Shown: in pieces, positions 13,101 to 26,400 of the stretch
How positions within the stretch are numbered: the stretch's first letter is position 1
Layout of the letters: each line of letters opens with the position of its first letter
DNA from: Gordius albopunctatus
Taxonomy: Eukaryota
Direction of reading: 5' to 3'
Length of the DNA stretch: 64,000 nt
Assembly: GCA_964276515.1 (NCBI GenBank)
Contig: OZ193909.1
Span: forward strand, 17,794,001-17,858,000
Notes under the pieces: generated by a model
Told to the model about the DNA's origin: nothing
Database searches by the model: none
The model's input: the letters and a program-made list of their open reading frames with translations, nothing else
Position numbers and translations under genes: made by a program

Positions 13101-16100
13101 TCGGATTCGATAATTTTATTTGAAAAAATATTAAATTCGAGACGTCGAATATTAAAATAAGGATTCGAATTCGATTCAAAAAAAATTTAAAGATTCGATT
13201 CGAATATTTTTAAAGTTTTTTAAATTCTAAATATCGCTATAAATGAATTTATTCATAAAAATGCAATGATTGAATATAAAAATATTAAAGAAGTATAAAA
13301 TATCGATATTTTAGTCAGTTTTTGTTTGTTATATACAAAAACTTAGACGATGATTGCAGGTTGCAAATTCGATGATTTTGTATGGTCCCAAACCATTAAC
13401 TTATTTTTATTCTTCAGTATCAAAATTATTTAAATTAATATAGTCTCTTATTAAAAATTTTGCCTAGATGGCATTAATTAGAGTTTATCTATTATTTAGT
13501 TTCGGTACCCGTACAACTGGTTATTATCTTGTTTTATTATAAATCTAGAATGTTAATATATATAAATAAAATCTCGGCGCATAAGGTCAATGCATATCAA
13601 AATATATTATTTATAGTTTAATGATTTATGTTTAAGTTTAATGGATAAGTACAAAAATATTGGATTTGTTTTTGAAGTTGAACCCCATATTCTATGTAAA
13701 GTGCTATTTATATATTTTAATTGTTATGTATGCTTATAAAATTTAAATTTAGTGATCGAGGAAAATAACTAATTTGCGGAAAGATGAAAACAGCTTAATT
13801 ATTTTCGTCTTGTATATTTAAAATAACTATCAAGTATAAATAATTTTTCAAATCCCTTTTTAAAAATTCGATTCGATTTTCGAACCTCTCAAAATTCAGA
13901 CCTAAGAATTCGAATTTGATTTAAAATTTCGAATCTAATCCGAATTGAATCTAGAATCGAATATCTCCCAAAGGTGTACTTTCCACCATTCCAATATTTC
14001 TATTTTTTCTCGTTGATCCTTAACTTTATGTAGGTGTGGATTTCCTTTACTTTATAAAATTCTTTCCGAATATTTTCAGCTATTAGGAGTAGATTTTTTT
14101 GTTCGATACTCAATTGTTTGTATATTAGAAAAAGCGTAAAATGAATTAATCAATAACTTGTAATTAATTAATTTTTTTGTAATTATTGTTTTAAACAGAA
14201 CAAAAGACTACTTAGACTACTATTTTTAAATTATTTACTTCTAAATTATTCCGGGCCGGGCTTATTATTTATGAATTAGGCCCGGCCCGGAATTTTAAAG
14301 CCTCAAAATTTGAGGCCCGGGTTTTTCCGGGTCGGGTCTCGGGCTTTTCTGGGTCGGGTCGGGCCTCAGGGCGCCCGTGCAGGTCTCTAAATACATGTGG
14401 CGGTGGTTGTGCTATTAGATTAACAACATCATGGGAAAGTCTGTGAAAACTAGGGACTTACACTCGGGAGGCTTGACATTTCTCGGGAGTACCCACCTTG
14501 CCTTCTCTCATTACTAGTTATGAGGTTCCAGTCATATATTTTATAGTAAAAAAACTGGATTTCAATAATTAATGCAAGGCCCTTGAAATTTGTAGATTGG
14601 AGAAAACTGTCAAAACCCTTAAACGATCTTATAAAGGTGTCTAATGGCAACAAACATCCTCCTGACCTTAACCCCGACCTAAAGACAAATATCGATATAA
14701 ATACTCGAAAGCCACCGGAGATAAAAATTAAAGAAAACCTGGTCTTAAATTTGGCGCAAATGAATGCGAAGAAATCCACCGGCCTTTGCCCACCTATCAT
14801 AACTCATACTGCCGCAACACCTCAAGGGTCTCCGAATGGTAGCGTGAATCTAGGTCGTTCCAAATTTCCTGCACATCGTTTGGCTAATCATAAATTTCGG
14901 AAAACCTTGTCGGCGGATTCTTTATCTTCTGTGTCAGACAATGATAGTTTGAGCGATGTTCGCACGAATAGGGACAATAACTTTTTGGTAATATTTAAAT
15001 TTTATGAGGTACATTATTTTATTTAGCGTTTTAATGCTATGAAGAATTTCAACTCCACCTTAAAGCCTAGGTCCCCACGTCTAAGTTTAAGTAGGAAACC
15101 TGAAATTCAATTATTACCTCGTCAAGTCATCAACAACATCAAGTATAATTTGACAATCAACATTTTTCATGAATGTGATAATTTCTATTATTTACCGGCC
15201 TAACATAACTAATTTTATACAAAAACCATTAAATATTAGTAGTAAAAATCATTGCGGATATCGCATTCCGAAATTTGCTCAAAATGTGGAATCTCTTTCG
15301 CTCTTACGCGACGAGGAAATACATAAACAGCCGACCTTTAAAGTAACATCACCTCAAAAGCTCCTGATTCCCAAGTCGCCCGCCGTGTCTTCACTGAAAA
15401 AACAATCTTTGAGACCAAATTTGAATGAACCCCTCTCGGTCGCCTCACAACCAAAACAGACATTCCTATTGCCACCTACACCGAATTATAGGAGATCTTC
15501 AGGTTCACTTCAATGCAGAAGTAGCCCTAGGAATGATTCTAATGTCCGTCGACGACATAGTTACAACGAATGTGTAAATAATAATGGTTTTATTAAACAT
15601 CCACCATCCTGTGATATCCTAAAATCTTCCCATGCATCAGTTATAGCAAATGATTCAAATGCTCATAACGCGAAAATTCAAGATTTAAGGGAGCCATCTC
15701 CTCACCCAGATCGAGAATTGTTACTACCCGATCAGAGGTCAAAAAATGATGCATTATTATATTTGAATGTGAAAATAAACGTGTATTATTATGTACAACT
15801 AAATTATGGCCTTATCTTACTTAACTATCTTAATCCGTTAATGTTAAACAGGAAGTTTTTGCCGATAAACTATGTACCCGCAAATATTTTTGAAAAACCA
15901 ATGACCCGAAATGAACTTCTCAACGAAGCCATACTAGCCGGCTACATTAAAAGTCCAAATCACCCTGATCCAAGAGTAAGATCATAATAAGTCATCTAAT
16001 ATATAAGCGGTTGCTAATGCTCATTTCGATTTACTCATTCTTGCAGGATACATTCCCTTGGAGTTGTTGTCCACACTGGGTTGAAAAAGTTTTTAGGCAG

Positions 16101-19100
16101 CGTGAAAATTATTCGTTATTAATTTTGTCTCCGCAAAACAAGTAATTTGTAATTGTCATCATCTAATGAAATCTTATTTATGAATTAGAATGCGTAAACT
16201 TACAATTAGGATAGTCCAAAATAAGTTGTTTGATTATATTATTTTATTCATAATATCACTCAACTGCATTACTTTGGCGATGGAAAGGCCTAATATACCT
16301 CCTAACAGTAGAGTAAGTTAGTGATCCTTTTAAATAAGGTTATATCACGTATGATTGCATAGGAAAGGCGGTTTCTGACCTTTGCCAATGACATATTTTC
16401 CATCATATTCGGCATTGAAATGACCTTAAAAATTACTGCTCAAGGACTTATTTTGGGTAAAGATGCCTATTTACAAGTCGGTTGGAATGTGATGGACGGA
16501 ATTTTGGTCCTTATTTCTCTGGTAGATGCAATTTTAAGCTTTACTTCAGTTAAAAGTCCCAAAATATTTGGAATATTACGAGTTCTTCGCCTTTTAAGAA
16601 CTTTACGGCCACTAAGGTAATAATTTTATTGAATTATTAAACGTTTCAATTCATATAGAGTTATAAACAGAGCCCCCGGTCTGAAACTAGTCGTTCAAAC
16701 GCTATTATCCTCTTTAAGACCTATCGGCAACATTGTACTGATATGCTGCACATTTTTTATAATATTTGGAATACTAGGAGTACAAGTAAAAATATGCCAA
16801 GTGTCGTACCTTCACAATTATAGTTATTTAAAGGTACATTTTATACTTGTGATGGATTGAATGCTGAGGACGTTGTCAATAAAAGTCAATGCTTGCGGGA
16901 TCCTAGAAATAAATGGAGGAATGCAAAATATAATTTTGATAATCTCGGACAAGTAAAAATTTAAATTCATATTAATGTTGTTGTTCAGGCTCTCATGTCG
17001 TTATTTGTGTTATCATCAAAAGATGGATGGGTGAATATTATGTATACAGGCCTGGATGCTGTAGGAGTAGATCAACAGGTACCTTTTTGCATGGAACTTA
17101 TTAGGCTACGCTAAAATCTATAATGCAATTTTATATAAACACACATTGAAACATTTAATACAAATGATTAAACAAGAGATAGTAAATTTTAAAGATTAAA
17201 AGTAAATGCAACAAGCTTTTTTTATTAGTCAATATTTCAATTTTAAAAAATGATTTTTATGTTTTATATATAATTCAAACAAAAGATAACAAAATTAAAT
17301 TGAAACATCATATGCTTATCTTATATTATTAATATAGCCTATCGAAAATTACAACGAATGGAGGCTTATTTACTTCATATCCTTTTTGCTGTTAGTCGGA
17401 TTTTTCGTTCTAAACATGTTTGTTGGAGTCGTTGTTGAAAATTTTCATAAATGTCGTGAAGATTTAGAGAGGGAGGAGCAAGCTGCAAGATTGGCTAAAC
17501 GTATGAAAAAACTGCAAGCACGAAGGAAGAGTGAAACTTTGATGACAACATTAGGTACATAAATATCAGAAATTATTTGAATGCTCTGTAACTCGATCGA
17601 ATAGGCTTAAGTGGTAATTGCGAATCCTATAGAATACATCCCTTAACTAAATTTTGAAGACAAATAATTTTGAAATCATTATTTATTGTAAGATATAAAA
17701 GTTTTAATATTACGCGGCAAGGGTCTAATATAAGTGGAGAATGGAATGTTTTTAATTATGTCCTTGATGATGGACACCCTGTGATACATAATAGTAAAAA
17801 TTAATTCCTATTTCTCACTTTATTGATCTCATTATATCACGAATATAAATTTCTGTTTAAAGAACTTCTGATGACTAAATATATTTGCCACTTAGTCGTT
17901 AATGTTGTGTTAGATCTAGTTTTTGTTTTAGAAACATTGAGTTACAAGCTTAAGCCTGACATAAATAGTAAAATTAATATATCAAACAATTCGCTTTTAA
18001 TAATTAATGATTATCTAAAATATAAAGAATTAATATTTGAACTATAAATCGGTATTAAATAGGGCTCAGACAAACGCCCATGTACACAAACTATTCAAAA
18101 ACAAGACGATTTTTGCATAATATAGTAACGAGCAAATACTTTGATCTTGCAATAGCTGCTGTCATAGGATTAAACGTTATATCCATGTCCCTCGAGTTTT
18201 ACATGATGCCAATGGTAGTATAACTTAATTTAATTCTAATGATTCTTAGGAATTGATATACGCTCTCAAAATATTCAATTACTTTTTCACTGCCGTTTTT
18301 ATAATCGAATCGATGATGAAAATTATAGCGTTAGGAATCAAAACATACATGCTTGACAAGTAAATTAAAAACTCGTAACGGCCGTGTAACTTCCATTCTG
18401 GTATAGGTGGAATCAACTTGATATCCTCATTGTTATACTCTCTATATTTGGTATTATATTGGAAGAAATGAAATCCAACATATTTCCCATAAATCCAACA
18501 ATCATAAGGGTCATGAGGGTGCTTCGAATCGCGCGAGGTATATTACACGTGTTATCTTTGACAAATTCTCATTAGTTTTAAAATTATTGAAGATGGCCAA
18601 GGGTATCCGAGCGTTATTGGACACCGTTATACAAGCCTTACCTCAAGTTGGAAATCTAGGACTGCTTTTCTTTCTATTATTTTTTATCTTCGCAGCATTA
18701 GGAGTGGAATTATTTGGAAAGCTTGGTACATATGCATTATTTATCTATAATAAACAAATATATCAAAGTTTATATTTATTTGAGTGCAACAACATGAGCT
18801 CAAAATTGTTAATTTTTGCATTAAATGATAATTTGATGTTTTTATATCAAAAGAATGCTCCTCAGAACACCCATGCGATGGCTTGAGTGAACACGCGCAT
18901 TTCAAAGATTTCGGAATGGCTTTCCTTACATTATTCCGCATTGCCACCGGTGACAATTGGAACGGAATCATGAAGGTTAAATATATTTAGATTTTAATGA
19001 GTTATCACCTATTAAAACTTAAGTTAAGCGAAGATATAATAATGGCCATATTTTAGGCTCATGTGCCAAACACACAAGGTCATACTTGATCCTAGAAATA

Positions 19101-22045
19101 CAACGGTGAAATTGTGCAACCCATATGACATGGCCTTACATAAATTGTTTTCAATATAGACCCAACTTAAAAGAAATTTTCTGTACATCCCTAGGAGTCA
19201 GTAAATTTGGTTATAAAACTAAATTAATAATAAAAATGCAGCCCCATTTAAAAATCTTTAAGGTGGTGCATGACATCTTAAAATAGTTCAATTATTTGCA
19301 TTCGATTATACCACGACGGGTTTAAAACTTAAGCCTCTTAATCGAACAACTTTTTATTTTGCAAGAGTCCGGTTTCGTGTAACTCGTGTTGGACTCTACT
19401 TTATACCCACCCTGTCCCCATTACTAACTCTGATTAGAAAGCATGGCCATAATTATGGGCATAATGTAAAGTTTCTAGGCGATCAAAACATCAATTTCCT
19501 TATTTTTAAAGGATACATTGAGAGATGACTGCGATTCATCCAGCGATTGCTTGAAAAACTGTTGCGTTAGCACTTTCCTTTCCCCGATATTTTTCGTGGT
19601 TTTTGTGTTGATGGCTCAGTTTGTGCTAGTTAACGTTGTCGTAGCCGTTTTAATGAAACATTTGGAAGAGAGTAATAAAGTAAGTAATGGTATATCTTAA
19701 TGACTAAACGCCAATAATGAGAAATTTTCAAAAGTGCAATACGTTATAACACAAATTTTGTTTTAATATAATAACTCTTTGCCAAAATTTTGTTTAGTTT
19801 GAGGCATGAAAATCATATTAAAGTCATAAGAAAAATCTATATAACTAATTTGATATTTTAAATAATCTTGCAGATAATAAAAATAGAAATGACTTTCTTT
19901 ACTTTTGATTACATTAACTATTTTAATAACAATAATATTTTAGCAAGTACGTTATGAAGATGATATCGATGATGAAATACAAAAAGAAATTGAAAAAGAA
20001 GAAAACTACTATGTTAACTACCCACGGCTTAAAGTAAAAAGTCTTATGCTTAGCAAATCAATATTTTCCATTTATATGTTAAATCTTCTACTTAATTTAA
20101 TAAATCCTGGTAATTTTTGTTTTAAAATTTAAAAACATTAACGACTAAATAAAAACTGACACTATAAACGTTTATATAAACACTAGGTGAACCCGGCAAA
20201 CGTTGTTTTGCCATTTACCCGGGTGTATTAGCAGAATATATATCATCTTATATATAAATTTCAATAGATTAAGAATATATCAAATATAATTGATAAGTGT
20301 TTAATGTTTATTATGCAAAAATTTTTAAACAAATAGTTAAAGAGGGTCCAAGGCCCAGGCCCACCGAAGAGAGAAAACCTGGTCCCATGCCCCCCCCCCC
20401 CAAGGGAAAAATCTTTGGCCCTCTGGCCCTTCAAGCAATTTTTTTTAAATTTTTTGTAACTAAGAAACAATATCATAATTATAATTATTTGTTTCTGAAT
20501 AAAATTTTTAATTCTGAACTTAATAATGTCCGAAGAACTGAGATATATCAATATTTATTGGCAATTTGTTAAAAGTATTTTCATTTTTCTCCTTATTTAA
20601 CGCGCAAAAAATGACAAAATTCGATTTTTAATTTATTTAGCCACGCAGGAGGGGACACGACCGTTCTATAATAATAATAAATGACGTGAAAAATAAGCAA
20701 AAAAATGACTTTGATATTTAATGTTTCAAAGCCCGTAAAAAGTTTCAATTTTCCGTAACACATGCCTGCTGCATTTATCACACTACCTACACGATAGATA
20801 CGCAGTACGTCATGAGGTTGCGTTTGAGTGACAATTTATTAAACGTCAAGACGTATAAAACTAAATAACCTGACCGCCTTATGACTTAGAGATTTAGAAT
20901 ATAGTTTAAAACCTAGGCTCAGACCTACAAATCATTCGCAGAAATTTCCATCTAAATCGGTCCACCCGTTTCGGAGGAGTTGAGGACCAAACACCGCGAC
21001 ACGAGAATTATATATATATAGATATTACAATAAATTTTTTTTATATTTAGGAAGGGTTGTCGCGAAAATCAGAAATTCTTAATACAAAGATTGCTAACAA
21101 TAACGTAATGAAGCAAACCGAAAATTTATATAGCACAGGTATAGTATATATATACTCTTCTCGTCTAATAATTTCTTAGAATATCCCATAATAAATGTAG
21201 AAAATTATGACACTACCTCATTTTGTAACAATCCCCAAGACGTTTGCCACAAAGAATACTTACAATTAAAACATTGCCACAAAAATGACTCTCCAAGTTT
21301 AAATACGCATAACAGCGTATCACCCGAAGAATCGCTAGCTCCTTTATCGCGTGTTGCTTCCTATAAATCTTCGATAAGAAGCCTACTAACGTCAATAACG
21401 CCAACACCCGAATCCAATGTTACTCCTCTAAAGGCTGAACCCACAGCTAGGGCCAGGGACACTTTAAGTAACCGAATTTCAACTCGCCCATTCACTCGGA
21501 TGCCAAAAAGTTTTAATGTCGGGTCGCGATTTTCTCCCTGCCACCATATTAATAATCACGTGAGCTCGCTCCTTGAGTCTTGTCGTGCCAAGAAATCGGG
21601 TCGTTTATGGAGTTCGGATTACGATATAACTGCGGTGATAGATAATTCGGATAAATCAAATTCGTCTTCACAGTGTTGGAGGAGGTGCAATTACACTACC
21701 AAAGACCGCCTGTTCATGAAATACCAAGAAATCCTCACAGACGCGAGGTGTCCCCTCAAGTTGTGTGGACAATATTCGCTTAAAAATTATCAACGTTGCA
21801 TGCGATTCAGGAAGAAAAAGAAATGGTCTAGTGATAAACATCAATATTCCAATTTATCCAACCCTCGTGTTAACAAAAATGATATGGTTGATGAAAGGAG
21901 CGATGTAGCCCCAAACCCCTTTTGCGTAACATCTCTTCCTATATTAGGAATAAGACTTGATAACGCAGAAGCGAAATATCAACAAGCGCTCTCTTTTCCC
22001 GACCTTAAACCATACAATTTACTTTCACATTCCAATAAAAAATGA
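4178..22045 (+). CDS. Cav3 (CACNA1G/H/I-like): T-type voltage-gated calcium channel alpha-1 subunit (Cav3), multi-exon, 5' exon apparently outside the window
   Basis: Hand-spliced exons: 4178-4423, 5591-5688, 7001-7175, 7881-7991, 8090-8264, 8656-9240, 9486-9559, 9649-9698, 9778-9830, 10015-10200, 10365-10516, 11035-11220, 11605-11722, 11826-11978, 12052-12112, (linker junction unresolved), 14579-14987, 15027-15142, 15240-15975, 16047-16141, 16189-16312, 16363-16616, 16659-16785, 16824-16952, 16989-17078, 17338-17530/17554, 18064-18214, 18250-18359, 18407-18537, 18576-18726, 18854-18975, 19512-19679, about 19943-20033, 21051-21138, 21180-22045. Four S4 segments (e.g. [27 protein letters not shown]). 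Pore motifs SLEGW/TQEDW/SKDGW/TGDNW give EEDD, the T-type filter. The gating-brake helix (FSETKRRE...[12 protein letters not shown]) and [11 protein letters not shown] are present. Confidence 0.96.
7197..7303. mobile_element. hAT-type MITE (CATGGGCGTAGCCAG family)
   Basis: TIRs CATGGGCGTAGCCAGG / CCTGGTAACGCCCATG; 8-bp TSD AAACATTC/AAAGATTC (7/8). Confidence 0.85.
12665..14389. mobile_element. Non-autonomous hAT element (TAGAGACCTGCA family) carrying a nested element at 13055-13978
   Basis: TIR TAGAGACCTGCA/TGCAGGTCTCTA; perfect 8-bp TSD AATACATG (12657-12664, 14390-14397); subterminal GGCCCG repeats. The internal insert is flanked by CTTTCCAC duplicates and rich in TTCGAA. Confidence 0.92.
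20183..21022 (-). mobile_element. Non-autonomous Helitron-like element
   Basis: On the minus strand: A|TC(TATATA) 5' end at 21022, 3' end CTAG|T at 20183-20186, subterminal hairpin GGCAAA-CGTTGT-TTTGCC (20195-20212), no TSD. Confidence 0.75.
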
Positions 22046-23466
22046 TAGATTGTACATTTATCTTGTTAAAATGTCCTTGCCTATTCGTAGTGCTGCACAT
22101 TATCACAAATGATCGTAAAAGTTGTATTAGTGAAATATAATCCCTACAAAAATTTAATTTAGATCTCACGTCCATATTAAAAGTGCACTAATTCCTCACC
22201 ACCGGTTATCACCTTTATTCCGCTGTTATCTATGTATATGCTTATTTTAATGCGAAAGAATAAATTTTTAATATACATCCATTGTATGATTATAAATATC
22301 AAATACAAAAATTATTCAAAGTTTGCATTATATTCATTGCCTTAAAATTTTTAATTAGTAAATTGCATAAAAATGCTATTTATTAAGTCATATGTTTGAA
22401 TTATAATTTTAGTGATATAGTTAAATGGTTTCAATCGCTCTGAATAGCGACTTTACTGAAAAGAACGCCTATTTTTGCAACTCAAGGATTCAAAATCTAC
22501 AGATATAAATGTTTATAAATTTTGATTGCCCCCTCCACTCAGTTGTTATTCAATAATGACAGAAATTAAGCGGTCCATCAAGAAAAACCAACCGGAAAAC
22601 GAATGGTAGAGTTTTTTAGGGCGAACACGAATATATTTTTTAATTTTTTCCCAAAGCGTCAAGTGTTTCAAATATTTGCTGTCAAAGTTGCTAAAAACAG
22701 CTATTTTGCCGTTTTTCAAGCTTAAATAACTTGCAAATTAATCGGTAAAATTTTAATTTAATAAATTTGATTTACAAACAAAGGTAATCCATTATAAAAA
22801 TCTTTTATCCTACCATCCTTATTTTTAGGTAATATATAAAATTAATTTTCCCCTATCCTATTACATTGACAAATTGCTCTAGACTTAAGGTAGCCCTTTA
22901 TTCCCTTTAGCGCTAGGAGCAAAGACCTGCATGGGCCAAAATTTTAGAGTCCATCCGATCCAAATTAATTTTTTTCTGCCCGCACCCAACCTGCAGAAAA
23001 AAAACCCAAAAATTGTTCCGCATAAGGCCCACACAAGTTAAAACAAGTCGACGTTGCTTGAAAATCGTTTATTTGTATAGAAAACATATGTATTGTTCAT
23101 CAAACTAAGCTAGACCATATAAAATCCGCTGGGGCAATTTGTCTATGCGATATTCCATTTGAATTAGGCGGAAAGATATTTTATTGCTTTTAATAATTTG
23201 TTATATATATATTTGAGTGAGTTGGTGATACAATTAAATTTCTTGGTGACTATTAACATTGAATTCTATTAAACAACCTTTTTTGTAATTAACAACATCA
23301 TATCATTTTGTCTATATTAGGGAGATAATAAATCACAATTTTTCCATATTTGAATGTTTTAAGCGTGGACGATAGTTTTAGCATGACAACACTTTAAACA
23401 ACCCCGTTCCACAAGTTTATTATTGCACGTATTTTTCCAGGAATTCTGTTTTATTTAGGCAAAAGT

Positions 23467-26400
23467 TTAAGCCTTAGGCTCCCCTCTATATCTGGTAGGA
23501 ATGAAAGGCATCTTAGTAACGCTAATTTCCAAGGGTTCTCCACGTCCCTTGCTACCAGGGGCTATAAAAATTTTGGTCCCTATCTTGGCATAATCTTTCA
23601 TCACGTAACCCATCGCTATGCTGCAATTGAGGCTATGCGAAAAGTTTCCACTCGTAACACGACCTAAAATTAGCCTTATTTAAGAATGTAGGTATTGATG
23701 GATAGCCCGATTTTTGTGTGCCGAAGTATATCAATAAAATCCAAACTAAAGAGGAACGCATAAAAAACATCTTTAGAGGTAGTTAAGTAATTCAAATTTA
23801 GATATGCTCCATTGTGTCAACTTTTGGAAAAACATAAAAACCAAAACTAATTCTTACCAAAGCTACTTATTTTAATTTTAACAATAGTTTTAATAATAAT
23901 AATTTAAGCGCACATCAGAATTCAGAAAGCTATGATGACCAATGACTATAAAAGCATAAAATACACGTTTTCGTTTTGAGATTTAACGTGATTTTTTAAC
24001 GAAATATTGCACTATCTAAATATTTAATTCTAACTTTTTTTATACATTTCTTATTTAGACAATTTCTTGAAATTGCCCAAGATCCTAAAATGCATTACCT
24101 ATGCATGAGTCAAGGGTACCATTGGAATACAGCTTGTGTCCAGTTCTAGGCAATGGGCCTTTAGCGTACATAATTAACCCTACCCGTTTCAAAAAATGAC
24201 CCGAAAAAATTGTAGGATCTTTGAATTCGGCGATTTGTTTTGCAATTATTTTGGCTCCGGGAAAATCCAAATTCTGCATCCGTCGTAGCCCTATTGTCCA
24301 AGACAAATTTGCCTCGACCGGTGTAACTGATCCATCGATATCTTGCCCTGTACGTATGTCATTAAAAAATGATCATTCAAATCACACATTTTACAGTAAA
24401 TAAAGGTAAAATAATAGTTTACGTTACATAATTGCTAAATACGGTAAAACAAGAAGGTTGGTTTTATCATTGGTCTCGTTGGATTGATAATGATATTGGG
24501 AGGAAAGGAATTTTAATCCGAGACCAGGAAAGCCCGGCCCGAATGTGCTCGCCCAGCCCATGGGCCGGCATAACAAAATTTGGGCAGATCGAGTTTATTG
24601 ATATTTTTTAAAAATATATAATTAACCTTTTATTTTTTTTTAATTTTATAATATTTGTCAATCCTAGTCCTTATTCAAAGTAATCGGAAATTAAAATTAA
24701 AAACTTTGGAAAATATAACAATATTACTGCTAATAAATTTTTAAAAACATCATTGAGAGTGGGCAGCCCTAATAATTCAGATGACCGGGCGGGCACTTAA
24801 AAGGGTTCGAGGGGGGGGGGCTCGGGCTGGAAGTCTAGGTTTAAAATCGACCAAACTGGGTCAGGGCAGAAAGTTTTTAACAAATCTGATCCCCCTGGTT
24901 TCAATATTTCGGGCTACATGAGTCCAATATCGAGTATTAAAATACAGCATAATGAGGTAAGATAACACACTTATAATTATAAAGAAGCCCAACAGTTGAT
25001 AGAAGTAGGATATGGAAACTTGCGATTGTATGGCCTAAGTTTTAAGAAGTAGAGAAACGACGGCCAAAGCATCTAATTTTTTATTTGCACCTGCCATGAT
25101 GTCACTTCACCGATTCGGTTAAAATAAGGATTCGAATATTTCCTTATAAAGATTATCTCTGCGGTGGTTAAGCGGCCTTTTTGAACAGGTGGAAAAGTTA
25201 TTTTCTTGTACAAACTAAATTCCAACAAAAATAAAAACCCGATAAGAAAATCACGAAGGCTCGGCATTGTAAATGTAGAGAACTCAATACTATTTGAGCA
25301 CGAAAGCCTGGTGGTCGATTAAGAAAAATTGACCAAACATTTTTTGTCTGTTTATATTTAGTCGACTAAAACGAAAGGCCGGCCACACAAAACCCAGCCC
25401 CGTTTGGTAAACACTACAGATTACAAATCAAAATGGATTCACACGCCAACACGAATCGGAATTGGTGCCTCAAAACTAGTTTTGACATACGCTTATTATG
25501 TGTATCATAACATTTAAAGTACCACACAAGCATAGTCCGGCCTCCAGCCTGAGGAGGTCTCGGGCAGCGAAACCGGCCAATGTACAAGGGGCAACCTGAT
25601 TGGATAAAAGTTCTTGAGCCAAGGCTTGAACCTTTTCCGGCGGGCAACTTATTTCTATCCCATCTTCCCCCGTGTAGCCACAACGTGTTAAGGTAAAATC
25701 GCCAGGAAGGCCAAATAACTCTTGCACTTTCAACGTATGCATGAAGTAAAATTTGGCATAATCAGGGTGATTTTTGACGCTAGGCAAGCTTTCCAAAAGC
25801 TTCTGGGTCACTGTATACGATTAAAATTGTGCAAATGGGTATACAATTAATATTTAAATATACTACGAAGCGGATACGTTAAACGGGGGCAATAATGGTT
25901 TAGGGAGGGGCTAAATGATAATTTTTTGCCAAATTTTAATAAATTTCAACAAATTTTTGGTTATATTAAAAATCAAAATGTAAGATGCTCTCTCTAAATC
26001 TTACATATAAATTAAATTTTTGCGAGGAGTTTAAATACACCTATTTATACTCGTAATACAAAGCTTATAGTATATATTAAGGGAATCTTTGACTTGAACG
26101 TCATGGGCGTAGCCAGAGGGGGGGGGCTACATCCCTCTAGATGTATAAATTCTCAAATTTTATTAAATTAAGGCTATAATCTCAAAAAATTATCATTTTG
26201 CTTCTCCCTAAATCATTATTGCCGCCTCTAATTCCAAACCTGGGTATGCCCATCGTCCTTGAATCTTATATATAGTAATTTTAAGAATCCCCAACTTAAT
26301 CGTATTGACCTAAGTGCGCGACTTTATCTGAAAAACCTGATAAAAGGTAATTAAGTTTTTTTTGTTGTAAGGAATAGTTATTTTCCCCCAAGCCTAAATG

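Noticed and set aside
12970..13179. Duplicated 69-71 aa ORF (also 34953..35168) as a gene family
   Set aside because: It lies across MITE subterminal TTCGAA repeats and an insertion junction.
12113..14578. Extra Cav3 linker exons (12163-12199, or 12223-12271 plus 14454-14524)
   Set aside because: At least one is needed to fix the phase, but the alternatives cannot be distinguished without transcripts, so none is called.
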